Shown here: positions 1 to 11,481 of the stretch, piece after piece
Layout of the letters: every line of letters starts with the position of its first letter
Position numbering within the stretch: the first letter of the stretch is position 1
Notes under the pieces: model-generated
Databases searched by the model: none
What the model was told of the DNA's origin: nothing
The model's input: the letters and a program-made list of their open reading frames with translations, nothing else
Translations under genes and position numbers: made by a program
Source of the DNA: Octopus bimaculoides
Lineage: Eukaryota
Reading direction: 5' to 3'
NCBI RefSeq assembly: GCF_001194135.2
Contig: NC_068985.1
Span: forward strand, 79,355,302 to 79,402,416
DNA: 47,115 nucleotides

Positions 1-56
<56 letters not shown>
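1..56. repeat. (TA)n microsatellite
   Basis: Pure TA dinucleotide run at the window start. Confidence 0.98.
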
Positions 57-64
<8 letters not shown>

Positions 65-619
65 GTTCATATATAAGTTATAAGTCTTTACACACACGCA
101 TACACACACGCATACACACATACATGCACACTGTACTGTTTGATGTCAGTAATATAGATTTTGTACTTCCCCACCACTGAATAGTTGACATTAAAAATAC
201 ACGTTGTTTTTCTTCTATATTCTATTGCTGATGTCAATAATCGACTTTGATGTTTGTTTAATGTTATACTCATCAATAATAGTTACTCGTATTGGCACAA
301 GGCCACATATATGCAAAGGAGATTGGATGATAGGCAGTCGATTAATAACATGCACATCATTACATGACTGGTACTTAATTTATCGGCACACTGATTCCAG
401 AGGAAATGAGAGACAACACTGTTTTCTAGTCGTAAAACAAGTACGATAGTGTGGTGTTTAGTTTTGCGATGATTACAGGGTTGCGCAGCTATCATTATGC
501 GCTTGCTCACTCGATTCACTGACTAGTTTAATATCACGTATATCATATGATATTCTGCTTCTTAGCTGAGGCAGGTGACGTCTTTATTTATATATTTCTT
601 TGTGATATGTTTTATCGTT

Positions 620-1032
620 CATTCTTTACTTGTTTCACTCACTGGACTGTGGCCATGCTCCGGTACTGCCTTAAAGTACTTATTTCGTTATACCTGTGAC
701 GCATTCTACCAATAGACCATTTTTGTAGAATTGCTACGTTACGGTTGTCAAGCGATGGTGATATAAATATATATCCATAAAAACAACACATACATACACA
801 CGCACGCGCTCACACACACAGATACATACATACATACATACATACATATGTATATATANNNNNNNNNNNNNNNNNNNNNNNNNNNNNNNNNNNNNNNNNN
901 NNNNNNNNNNNNNNNNNNNNNNNNNNNNNNNNNNNNNNNNNNNNNNNNNNNNNNNNNNNNNNNNNNNNNNNNNNNNNNNNNNNNNNNNNNNNNNNNNNNN
1001 NNNNNNNNNNNNNNNNNNNNNNNNNNNNNNNN

Positions 1033-1078
<46 letters not shown>

Positions 1079-1215
1079 ACGACGGGTTCTTGCACAGTTT
1101 CTGAGCAACCAAATTCACTCACAAGGCAGTGGTCGGCTCTAGTGCTATAATAGAATACACTTGCTCAAGGTGCTACGCAGTGAGACTGAACATGAAGCCA
1201 TGTGGCTAAACAACA
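620..1215 (-). mobile_element. tRNA-headed SINE-like repeat with internal microsatellite, spanning the first gap
   Basis: 1077-1215 (GACGGG..CACTCACAAGGC..ACACTTGCTCAAGGTGCTACGCAGTGAGACTGAAC..CCATGTGG) is homologous to 11125-11275. 620-760 looks like the 3' body of the same family, which also appears on + at about 44245-44450. Confidence 0.6.
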
Positions 1216-1639
1216 TAGCTATGGTGTCACGTATAAAATATGCATTTTCTCAGTATAGGCTCTTTGCTACAGGTTCTCAATGGACGAAGGACTTGTTTGC
1301 TGTATTTACAGCAGGAAGGATGCCAACAAGAAAGATAAGGTTGTTTCTAACCCTGCGCAAGAAACGTGGTTCGTAAAACACAGTTTGTTTTCATCTTTCG
1401 TTTTGTTTTTCTTACCGCTGTTTCTATCCCACGTCGATCGAAGGATAATGCGCGCGCGCACATGCACACACACACACACACACACACAAACACGCGCGCA
1501 TACATACATAGACACCAACAAGTACCCTCGCACAAACACAGACAATACATATATCCGATTGATTATGCAAGATTCCACTGAATCATAAAGACTTACGAAT
1601 CAACATTCCGCCAGTGCTATACCATTTCCTAAAACGATT

Positions 1640-1960
1640 TAAGGAATTCTTACACGCTCATTTAACATTCGAGATGTAACAACCAGTAAGATGTTCATGC
1701 TGGGCATTAGTGACCTTCATACCGGGGATATAAGAGACATGGAAAGGTCGTGACTCGTAACTCTGATTCCCTGTCTAACTTATAAAAGGATAAAATCCAA
1801 TCAAGAGCTCAAATACGAATTGCTTCCTTTCTTTTCTCATTACACCACAACTAGGACAGCTTTTCTTTTCTCTTTACCAGAGAGGTATACAACTTCTTCT
1901 AGTTACGCTCGCAACATTCGTATTTCCACTTTTTGTATCACCATTGAACTCTGATCTTGT
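1640..1960 (+). mobile_element. Heavily decayed CR1/Jockey-like LINE RT C-terminal fragment
   Basis: Frameshifted peptides RDV, YR..HGK..LVTLIP and VFP..LN resemble the LINE RT C-terminus also seen at 4388-4830. Confidence 0.35.
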
Positions 1961-1975
1961 CTCACACATAAAAAG

Positions 1976-2305
1976 GGTAGAAAGCCCCTTTGGTCATGAA
2001 TGATCATGGAATTGCCCTAGAAAGTTCCTCTCCCAAGCACAAGTCCGGGCAAGGAAGACCAGCAGTCGCCCCATACATAGCAGCCACCCTTCTCCACACC
2101 ACTGATGTTATCCAAGGGAAAGGTAAAGGCCGATACAGCTTGGCACCAGTGATGTCGCAGCTCATTTCTACAGCTGATTGAACTGGAGCAACGTGAAATA
2201 AAGTGCTTTGCTGAAAAATACAACACGTAGCCCCGTCCGAGAATGGAACTTACTACTTTATGATTGTGAATCCGATGCTCTAGCCACTGAGCCATGTGCC
2301 TTCAC
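1976..2305 (-). mobile_element. tRNA-derived SINE with CORE-like central domain, near full length
   Basis: Minus strand starts GTGAAGGCACATGGCTCAGTGG (A box), then AGTTCCATTCTC (B-box-like), then CACTTTATTTCACGTTGCTCCAGTTCAATCAGCTGTAGAAATGAG. A second, headless copy lies at 22073-22305. Confidence 0.85.
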
Positions 2306-2416
2306 TATGTGTTGCGCATATCCATTTAGGAAACAGCAACAATCGTATCGATTTCGCCTAAATTGGAAGCCTTGAAAATGTTATGTGCAGTGTCACTTCC
2401 AAAGAATAACTTTTAA

Positions 2417-2448
<32 letters not shown>

Positions 2449-2452
2449 AATA

Positions 2453-2838
2453 ATCGAGCCATCATGCCCGTTTGATTCCAGGATCGAAATGAGTACCAGC
2501 TTTTCGCAGGATCGAAAAGAATGAGAACGAAAAAAGAAACAAAAAAGAAAAATACAATCACTTAAAATTTAAAATCCGAAGAATTTGGAGCATGAGAACA
2601 GTAAAGGTCGTGCTTATAATAATTGGTGAGCTGGAAACGGTAAGCAAAGATATAGACAAATGGCTGAAGGAGATTGGAATAGAATGCCCGGTAGAGCTTC
2701 TACAGAAAGTTTGTCTCTTAGGGACAGCAAGGATTATCAGGTGGGTTCTAAGCACTTGTGAATACCTAAGGTTACAGGTAGTAAGCTGCTACCCACATAA
2801 ATCCTACCAGCAATTAGACCGAACCTGAACCAAACCAA
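2453..2838 (+). mobile_element. 5'-truncated R4/Dong-like non-LTR retrotransposon (RLE endonuclease C-terminus plus 3' UTR) inside a (TAA)n array
   Basis: Translates IEPSCPFDSRIE..KEKYNHLKFKIRRIWSMRTVKVVLIIIGELETVSKDIDKWLKEIGIECPVELLQKVCLLGTARIIRWVL, typical of the R4-clade C-terminus. TAA runs flank it at 2433-2454 and 2839-2876. Confidence 0.8.
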
Positions 2839-2878
<40 letters not shown>

Positions 2879-3906
2879 TTCAAATTTTGTAGAGGAGGTA
2901 ATTCGCTGATATCGGCTCCAATGTTCAACTGATAATTATTTTATTGACCACGAAATGATTTTGAATTACTTCCTCTTCGCGTCTTCACTGGGCTATAACT
3001 CTAGGATAGTACTGTGGTCATCAGGGATTATCTGGATCTGGTTGACTGTACACTCCCACTCGACAACTTGTTGATGCCATCACCTCCACACTCACCACAC
3101 TCCCGTGCTGATACATAAAGGTGACGGCAATTCACGTTCATTATGTGCACCAATATAATTGAAGGTTTTCTTTGTATTATTCTTGGGACCCAAGCATTTC
3201 GAAAGCAGCATGTCAGTAAGGGAGTACCGTATCAGCTTGATATGTCTTTTCACATGAGGTTTCGACTTTAACGACCAGAAACACGCTACGTCATGTTTTG
3301 CTCCGGTTCAGAGATTACACAGCTTTTCATAAATCCATAAATCCATACATTCGCCAAGGCTTCCTGAAATTTTTCTGTTTAAGACATATGGAAAACTTCC
3401 CAGGTAAGTAAAATACAGATCTATATCACGCTCCAGCTTACTCTTTCTTAGGTAAAATTCTCAGGCGAAACATTTTTTCTTGTTATAAAATGATCTCGGC
3501 TGCACCTACTAAATTTTCTTTGAGCTAGATCCATAGAATCAAAGGCATTGGGAAAAAATAAAATATTTTTGTTGTTGGAAGTGGTGTTGCTATTGATGTT
3601 TAGTTGATTCTATGTTTCATATTTTTCTAAGTGTTTCATTGTACAACTGTTTATATTTGAAACTCACTTTGTTTCATTTCCAGTTTTTTTTTTTTTTTTT
3701 TTTTTTTTTTGAAATCTGTTTTCTGATTCGAAATTATTTGAAAAGAGAAGTATGTGTGTACGTTATTGAAGTTATTGTTACTACAACTGTAGTGAGTATA
3801 TCTCTTTTGAAAATTTTGAGGCAATTTTTGAACCATAAATCACAATACAAATGGATGCTGCGCAAGATGTGCACATAGTAAGATGTGCAGGTAATATCCA
3901 ATCAAA

Positions 3907-3985
3907 GAGGAAGAAGAAGAAGAAGAAGAAGAAGAAGAAGAAGAAGAAGAAGAAGAAGAAGAAGAATAAGAAGAAGAAGAAGAAG
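3907..3985. repeat. (GAA)n microsatellite
   Basis: Near-pure GAA run. Confidence 0.97.
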
Positions 3986-4387
3986 ACGGCAATGGTACGA
4001 CAGTAGTAGACTGTTGGTAGAGTCTTCTTAAGTGGTCAAGTAACCTAAAACTGACCTATGTTTTGCTCCCGGCACCCTGAGCAAGTTAACATATATATAT
4101 TAGTGTGTGTGTGTGTATGTGTGTGTGTGTGTGCGAGTATTTGTATGTACATATATATATTTATAAATATTATACGCCCACACGCGCGCACACACATACA
4201 TACATACACACAGTTCAGAAAAGTAAGGGGCAACGGCCATGATGTTTCAAAGCCTCGTACACCGTTGAAATCGGTTTTGATTAGGTTAGTGGGCACATTT
4301 GTAGAGTACGTAGACCAACAGAGAATCAAAATCGGCTATGTTTGATGTTTGTTTCTTGAGGTAGGAACGGTGGGTTTCCTAGATCCT

Positions 4388-4830
4388 CTATCACCTATTA
4401 GGTCGACGCTGTTGATAGTTTTCTTTGAGCGACTGTATGTTGACTGTTGCAACAAAATAGACAGAGAAAAATTTCCAGAAGTTTAACGCTCTAGTAATAA
4501 AAAATTTGGAAAATTTGTTAGTTGTGGCAACGTGAGCGACGAGGGTATCGTGAATTCTGAATTGAGAGAGAAATGGAACAGGCAGCTTTGAATAGTAGAA
4601 GACACTGTAGTTGCGATAGAAAAGAGAAGTGTGTGGAGACAGCACATGGTGGGTCAGAGTTTAGAATACTTTGGTCAGCAGTTTGATACCAGACAGTTTG
4701 ATGGGATTGTTGGAGATACGGTCTACGATGTCTGCTGTATTGTAGCGATCATTCCGACGCTCTAGCTACAAACCGCCTTCTGGATATCGTAGATATTAGG
4801 CTTGATGAAAATATATTTACTTTCACTATG
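4388..4830 (-). mobile_element. CR1/Jockey-like LINE 3' fragment (RT C-terminus), decayed
   Basis: Minus-strand peptides DIVDRISNNPIKLSGIKLLTKVF*TLTHHVLSPHTSLFYRNY and TNKFSKFFITRALNFWK..VATVNIQSLK resemble the LDRIQ..AIRLI..L.HRR..LSLFYRY / SF.PRT..LWN motifs. Confidence 0.65.
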
Positions 4831-4989
4831 GATAAGTAACGGAATTTCGACACCCGAAACCAATGATTCTCCAGCAAGGATCGCTTTAACAATGATCGTT
4901 AGAGTTGGTTTAACGTACCTGCCAACGTTTGAAGTTAATAGAAAATAACGTTAGGAAAAGCACATACACTATTGCTAATGTAAATATAG

Positions 4990-5215
4990 AATGGCAAACT
5001 GGCTAACACGGTAGCAGGCCAGACAGAATGCTTTGAGGCATTTCTTCCAGCTCTTTACAGTCTAAGTTCAAATCGAACCGGGCTCAACCTTACCTTTCAT
5101 TATTTTGTGGTCAATAAATAAAGTATCAATTGAGCATTAGGTTCGATGTAATCGATTAACAGCACCCCCGCCACACAGCAAAACTGATAGTCTTTTGCAA
5201 AAATTTGAAGCCATT
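4990..5215 (+). mobile_element. tRNA-derived SINE, GGCGGCGAGCTGGCAGAA-type family, diverged
   Basis: AAGTTCAAATC B box and GTTCGATGTAATCGA body; homologous to copies at 22597, 25790, 28125, 28684, 35240 and 35800. Confidence 0.75.
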
Positions 5216-5461
5216 TTTACTAATATACATGAACTGACATTGTATTTCAAGGTCGACCGTTTGATATCAATGTTATCTATATAACGTTATGAACAAATAT
5301 GCGTACAGAATTCTAATACAATATGTGTAATAACCATACATATTTAGTCTCGCTATGAAAATGAATGTTAATAAAACCACAGAAGTTTCGGTATTGAGTG
5401 TTAAGGTCACCCGACTAGATTCTTTATGTTCAGCTTTTCACTGAGAAGCATATAAACACCC

Positions 5462-5487
5462 GCATGCACACGTACACACATACACAT

Positions 5488-5567
<80 letters not shown>

Positions 5568-5577
5568 ACACACACAA

Positions 5578-5610
<33 letters not shown>
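5462..5610. repeat. Compound (CA)n/(TA)n microsatellite
   Basis: Direct inspection. Confidence 0.95.
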
Positions 5611-5618
<8 letters not shown>

Positions 5619-6689
5619 TTGGGTATCTTAAGCATTAAGTTGAAGCATATCCTTTATTATTAGAACTGAGTTATTTATAAGTCGAATAAAAATGACACAA
5701 TATATGTGTGTGTGTGTGTGTGTATGTGTGTGTGTGCGTGTGAATGTGTGTGTCTGGCACATGCGTACGTGTATGTGTGCATATATGTGGGTATGTGTAT
5801 ATACATATACTTCGTCCATTTACATACAAAACGGGTCGATGTAGATTATATAATCGATGGCATAAAGTCATTTCCCATCAATATATTTTTAAGAAAGCAA
5901 TCTATTGCGTCTAAACTACAGAATTTTTGGCATGAAAATTATGGGATATCGATTTAAAAGTCAGTCGATCTCATCTGTCTAAACTATTTCGTCCAATAGA
6001 AATAAAAAGAAAAACCTTTCTCCCCTTACGAAATAAAAATATCTAATACAAGACATACATAGACTAGTAAATAACTAAATGAATAAAAAGAATAAATCTC
6101 TGTTAACAGACTGGCCATTATCGATAGGTTAGATCAGGCCGACCAATATCGATCAGCAACCGAAATGAATCTGTGAAAAATCTCACGTGAATAAAGATAG
6201 CGGTGAAATGAATGCAAATGAAAACAGTTTCTGCAGAAAAGTCATATTTTGTGCGGAAAATTACTGGTGAAGGAAGTGAAAGAAATACAATTTGGGTGTG
6301 CTATTTGGGTGTGCATATGATATATGTATGAATAAATATATATTTTCTGTTATAAACATATCTTTAACTGTATGTATATGTGTGCGTTTAGTATGTATAT
6401 CATGTGTGTGCGTGTGTTTGTTTTTGTGTGCGTATGTATATCTTTCTCATGATAAAGTTCATCTGGTTTGACTTAACAAATTCATCGAAACTTATCGAAA
6501 CTTATGTTAATACAAAGACGATTGGCATCCTGCTTGTCTACCACGTATATGAATGCAGTTACGACATCAGTCATGGTGTTACTTGAAACAGCTGTCAAGA
6601 TGTGACTATTACATAATTGCGTTTCTTTACTTTATTCCTCAATCTATATTTTGTATTCAGTATAAATGTACGCATTATGCCTACTTGTG

Positions 6690-6945
6690 TATATTTGCCT
6701 TTCTACCGATGCCTGAAATATATATAGAAAGAAATAGATAGATAGATAGATAGATAGATAGACAGACAGATAGATAGATAGATAGATAGATAGGTAGATA
6801 GATAGATAGATAGATAGATAGAAAGATAGATAGATAGATAGATGGAAGAAATAGCAGAGAGAAGTAGGTATAGATGTATGCACTCAGGCGTTTGTGTGTG
6901 GTCGGAAAATTGGCTGTGTGCATCAATATGTAAATTGGAGAAAAG
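6690..6945 (+). repeat. Left arm of a long inverted repeat containing (GATA)n
   Basis: Its reverse complement aligns with 7209-7420 and 7615-7646. Confidence 0.85.
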
Positions 6946-7208
6946 ATTAAACAAAAATTTACACAAAAGAGAAATGAAAAATAAACGTGTCTCCTCATCA
7001 CTCTTAATTCTGGGAAACTTTCGCGGTTTCTAGGCTTTAAGTAATTTCTAGTTGATCCTTTTCAATGTTGATAGAACAGTTACAGCGTTCTTTTTATCCT
7101 GAGATAACATCTGTTATGAACCTATTGTGTTAAAAGCACAATTAATATTGAAGTGAGACGAAAATTGATTCCAGCAGTGACCAGCAAGAACACCAGAAGC
7201 ATTTCAGA

Positions 7209-7320
7209 TTTTTCTCCACTTTATATATTGATGTACACAACCCATTTTCCGACCACACACACACACGCCTGTGCGCATACATCTACACCTACTTCTATCT
7301 GCCAATCCATCCATCCATCC

Positions 7321-7391
<71 letters not shown>

Positions 7392-7420
7392 AATTTCTTT
7401 CTATATATATTTCAGGTATC
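7209..7420 (-). repeat. Right arm of the long inverted repeat containing (TATC)n
   Basis: TTTCTCCA..TATTGATG..ATTTTCCGACCACACAC..CGCCTG..CATACATCTA.ACCTACTTCT..(TATC)n..TTTCTTTCTATATATATTTCAGG mirrors 6708-6945. Confidence 0.85.
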
Positions 7421-7514
7421 ACATGCGTTTAAGAAGGGATGACCCCTAAGTTGACATCCAATATGCTATCGGGTGTCCACTTAGTGGTCATCCCTTCTTA
7501 TACGCATGTAATAC
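7416..7514. other. About 99-nt hairpin (mini-MITE or pre-miRNA-like)
   Basis: Arms 7421-7459 and 7471-7509 are reverse complements with 4 differences in 39 nt; 11-nt loop. Confidence 0.85.
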
Positions 7515-7643
7515 AATTTTTCTGAATTTTCAGACATTTTTATATCCTAGACCACTCGTTTTAAATTGATGTTAATTAAATTAATATTCAATTTATCACC
7601 CTCAGTATATAAAAAAATATTTCAGGCATTGGTAGAAAGGCAA

Positions 7644-7699
<56 letters not shown>

Positions 7700-7957
7700 G
7701 CATATATAGGAATATACATGCAAACATGCATGCATGCATAAATACCTGACCAAAAAATACAGATGTGTGGTGCGTGCAAGAGATAAAGATGTAACGGAGA
7801 CTCAGCAATTATTCCTGACATGGGCATACAACAAAAATACAAACACTTCTGGGTAGATTTCGTCGATAATATAGTGTGGGCGTGGGTATACGGTTGGGGA
7901 GATAGAGTGTGTAATAGGATTGTTAATTTAAGACAAGTTTTAGATGATCTGTGACAT

Positions 7958-8115
7958 TTATATAATTTCATCACCTTGTCTGTTGCTATCATATCGTTCT
8001 GGCTGATGTACTCTCCAGCCCTCATCAGGTGTTTTGGTGGAATTTCGAACCTAACCCCTTATTTGACCATTAGGGTGTATTGTTCTCATTCCTAAGGTAT
8101 GTTGCTGATGTTATA
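7958..8115 (-). mobile_element. Headless inverted copy of the HHR-bearing short element
   Basis: Minus strand reads AACAC-CTGATGA-G-GGCTG-GAGAGTACAT-CAGCC-AGAA-CGAT; homologous to 8230-8350. Confidence 0.8.
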
Positions 8116-8130
8116 TACTTATATACACCC

Positions 8131-8400
8131 ACCGGCATATAGCGTAGTGAATAAGAACGCGGGCTTTTAACGTTCGGATTCTAAGTTCAATCCCAGGCAG
8201 GGACTTGAAAAATAATATCAGCAGAAAAATAACATCAGCTTTAGTCAAATAAAGGGTTGGGTTCGAAATTCCACCGGAACTCCTGATGAAGGCTGGAGAA
8301 TGCATCAACCGAAACGTTGTGATAACAACAAACAAGGTGAGGACACCTATCCGTTCATTGTAACTAATGTTCATAATTCCTTATCTCAAAAATATAGAAC
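8131..8400 (+). mobile_element. tRNA-headed (Pol III) short element carrying a minimal PLE-type hammerhead motif
   Basis: A box TAGCGTAGTGA 8140-8150, B box GTTCAATCC 8185-8193, HHR core CTGATGA 8283-8289, helix II GGCTG/CAACC, GAAA 8311-8314, palindromic AACGTT helix III. Confidence 0.75.
8278..8323 (+). ncRNA. Minimal type I hammerhead ribozyme motif (degenerate copy)
   Basis: aactc-CTGATGA-a-ggctg-gagaatgcat-caacc-GAAA-cgt-t-gtgat; helices I and II contain mismatches in this copy. Confidence 0.6.
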
Positions 8401-8439
8401 ACTGATATTTATCTCAGCAAGTGCATCACTGGACCGGAA

Positions 8440-8645
8440 ACACTTTCGCAGATGACAAATGACAATGCCTTTATTATTGTGAGTGGTGATTTCAACGGGC
8501 ATATTAGAAAGCACTCTAATGAATCTCATGGTGTTCTTCGAGTTTACGATCTTGGTTCTAGAAATTAGGCCGGAACAAGAGTGCTGGAGTTCTGTAATGT
8601 AAATGAGTGGTTGATCTTCAGCACTAACTTCAAAAAGCCAGTATG
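8440..8645 (+). mobile_element. RTE-clade LINE apurinic-endonuclease fragment (pseudogenised)
   Basis: TNDNAFIIVSGDFNGHIRKHSNESHGVLRVYDLGSRN*AGTRVLEFCNVNEWLIFSTNFKKP: GDFNGH, RN..G..LLEFC and NT.F.K motifs. Confidence 0.8.
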
Positions 8646-8709
8646 GAAGACGGTTGTTAAATGATGATGACGACGAGGAGGAGGATGAGCAGGATATATG
8701 TATGTTCTT

Positions 8710-9092
8710 GTTGTTGTTGGCACTCCGTCGCTTACGACGTCGAGGGTTCCAGTTGATCCAATCAACGGAACAGCCCGCTCGTGAAATTAACGTGCAAGTG
8801 GCTGAGCACTCCACAGACACGTGTACCCTTAACGTAGTTCTCGGGGATATTCAGCGTGACACAGTGTGACAAGGCTGACCCCTTTGAATTACAGGCACAA
8901 CAGAAACAGGAAGTAAGAGTGAGAGAAAGTTGTGGTGAAAGAGTACAGCAGGGTTCACCACCATCCCCTGCCGAAGCCTCGTGGAGCTTTAGGTGTTTTC
9001 GCTCAATAAATACTCACAACGCCCGGTCTGGGAATCGAAATCGCGATCCTATGACCGCGAGTCTGCAGCTCTAACCACTGGGCCATTGCGCA
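8710..9092 (-). mobile_element. tRNA-derived SINE with (CAA)n tail, near full length
   Basis: Minus-strand head GCGCAATGGCCCAGTGGTTAG..TTCGATTCCC; highly similar to 13090-13460. Confidence 0.9.
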
Positions 9093-10244
9093 TCCATGTA
9101 TATATTTAATAGATTCAAATTCGAGTTGCTGTTATGACTTAATTGTCGGGCACACTATACAAACTTTCTTGACAATTGTATTTCCACAACATGAAACTAA
9201 TAGTAGCCCGAATTTAAATCTTGTGTATAATAAATGACATTTGTCTCCCACTGAATGAAGTAGGTTTGTGTTGATCCTTCCAATAACGGAACAGTACGTA
9301 TTTGTGTCAGTGTGTATGGTTAAAAGGACATGGACAGCAATAGGAACCACACAAAGGACACACAAAGCAATGGGATTAGCAGCGAGACGGCAGGCAAAAG
9401 GAAAGCAGGCGAAGAAAAAAAATAATCCTTTTACGATTGAAATACAACAAAATAAAGGGAAACCAAAATAAAATAAAGTGTATATTTTATACGTACACTA
9501 TGGAAAGAAAACAGAATTATTGAACGTTGATTCTAAAAAGAAAATATACATACGAGAATGCGATAAGCTCAATAGGTAAGTTACAGCAAAAATGGAAGAT
9601 AGGAGGCAACAGTAGATTGGGAAAAAGAATGCTGGGAAAAGAAATGAGCTTTAAGAAATGAGGAATGAGTGGCGACAGAGTGAAAGGAAAACACAGGTGA
9701 AGTGAAATGATACAAGAAACGTATGGCAGGATGAAGAAAAATAACGATACTAAAGTAGGAGGAGCGTACGTCAGTGCAGAAGTGTGACGTTTGGCACAAA
9801 TCATGAGAACACATGACAAGCGGGACAAAGGCAGAAATCTTCCTTCATCACCATGAGTGGGACGATAGAACTGCTGGAAAATCGGTGCCACAGCAACTCT
9901 GGATACAGTTGTTAGGCATGGCTGCAGTGAAAACAATAGAAGATAATGAAATATAGCTAAATTTCTAGTGGTGGGAAAAATGAGCAAACTTTTGTAAATT
10001 AAATTAGAAAACGGTCGTTAATCATGCAGCAACTCAATATATACGATGTGCATTTCAGGAGTTTTGAGAGTTCATTTTATTTAGGAGAGGCAGTTATAAT
10101 TATCCTAGATAATTATGATTTTAGTATGTCATCACTATATCCCTAATGTTGAAGGAGACGGCTGTAACAGCACCTTGAACATACACAATGAAACACTGCT
10201 TGTTAAAGTTGATTATTTTTCAGAATATAGCTGGGACACCTTAA

Positions 10245-10552
10245 AGCTCACTATGCAATGAAGTTTGGTGTTAAACTAGACAAAAAACGCTACAGGAATA
10301 TGTGAAAGATTCCAGATTGCTGCCTATGGATTAACTTCTTCGCTGGCACAAGAATCTCGAAGACGGTAGAGAGGAGGTGAGAGACAATGAGAGGTGTGAG
10401 AAGAAGGATGTCAGAACATTAGAGCTGGTTGAGAAAATCCGAATTTTCTGGATGAAAACCATAGTGATCCTATAAAGACAATCCGTATATAGTTAGGAGT
10501 AGGTTCATGAAGATCTAAACATGAAAAAAAACAGTGCAAAGTTTGTTCCCAG
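10245..10552 (+). mobile_element. Decayed mariner transposase N-terminal fragment
   Basis: Frameshifted peptides HYAMKFGVKLDK, WHKNLEDGREEVRDNERC and EDLNMKKNSAKFVPR. Confidence 0.75.
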
Positions 10553-11071
10553 GGGGACAAACATCCTAATAACCTACTACTTGAGTGAGATGAAAGCTAT
10601 CCTTCGCTCTACTTAAAGTCTAGACGTTGCTGTTGTGATTTTGGAGATTCCACTTTCATTTCGGAAGTGCCTCGAAATTTCATTTCGGAAGTGTCTAGCG
10701 AAATACAGTAACTGCCGCTCTTGTTATCACTTGTAGGGTGATTTAGTTTCCTCCAGCTCTGCGGTTTTTGTGTTTTATTAACAATACTATTTAAGATGTA
10801 TTTTTCTCACACAAAACTCGCTTCTGGCGTTCAAATACTATACGTACCTTAAGTATTTGGTGTTGATAATGTGTACATTATAGAGCCCTTTCTATTGCAT
10901 AATCTGAACATACATACAAACATGCATACCTACATAGATATACACATACACATACATACATATGTATATACATATATATATAAACACGTATATTTATATG
11001 TATGTATATATACATCTAGATTTGTATGTATGTATGTATGTATGTATATAGGTATATATTGATATGTGTGT

Positions 11072-11124
<53 letters not shown>

Positions 11125-11131
<7 letters not shown>

Positions 11132-11275
11132 GATGGGATTCTTTCAGTTTCTATCTATCAAGTCTACTCACAAGGATTTGATGAGCTCGAAGTTATAGTA
11201 GAAGACACTTGCCCAAGGTGCCATGCAGTGGGACTGAATCTTGAACCATGTGGTTATCACACAGCCACTCCTGCG
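11125..11275 (-). mobile_element. SINE 5' part (AGTGGCTGTGTG-type head), same family as 1077-1215
   Basis: GAAGACACTTGCCCAAGGTGCCATGCAGTGGGACTGAA..CCATGTGG..CACACAGCCACT. Confidence 0.8.
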
Positions 11276-11481
11276 CCTATATATATTAATGATAATTAAT
11301 GTGGGCAGCTGTAAGCAATCTGTCCCAAAAAGGAAAACTGTACCCGTCATTGAATATAACTGGGGGGTGTTAGAAACACCTACATTGCTAAAGATAAGTG
11401 GTAAATGCTCTAATTCTGCAATCAAAGCACATATTTGTATAAATACATGCTGACAGAGATCGTAATCGCCCGAAAAGCAGC

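Noticed and set aside
2960-3360. Possible PLE endonuclease (KCL..NNTKK..NYIG) with a downstream CTGATGA on the minus strand
   Set aside because: Motif spacing is too short, and no convincing GAAA or helix I/III follows the core
3397-3408. Consensus donor CCAG|GTAAGT on +
   Set aside because: No matching acceptor or open exon frame upstream that I could support
6584-6603. GAAACAGCTGTC, an HHR 3' half with palindromic helix III
   Set aside because: No CUGANGA core with a complementary helix I found upstream
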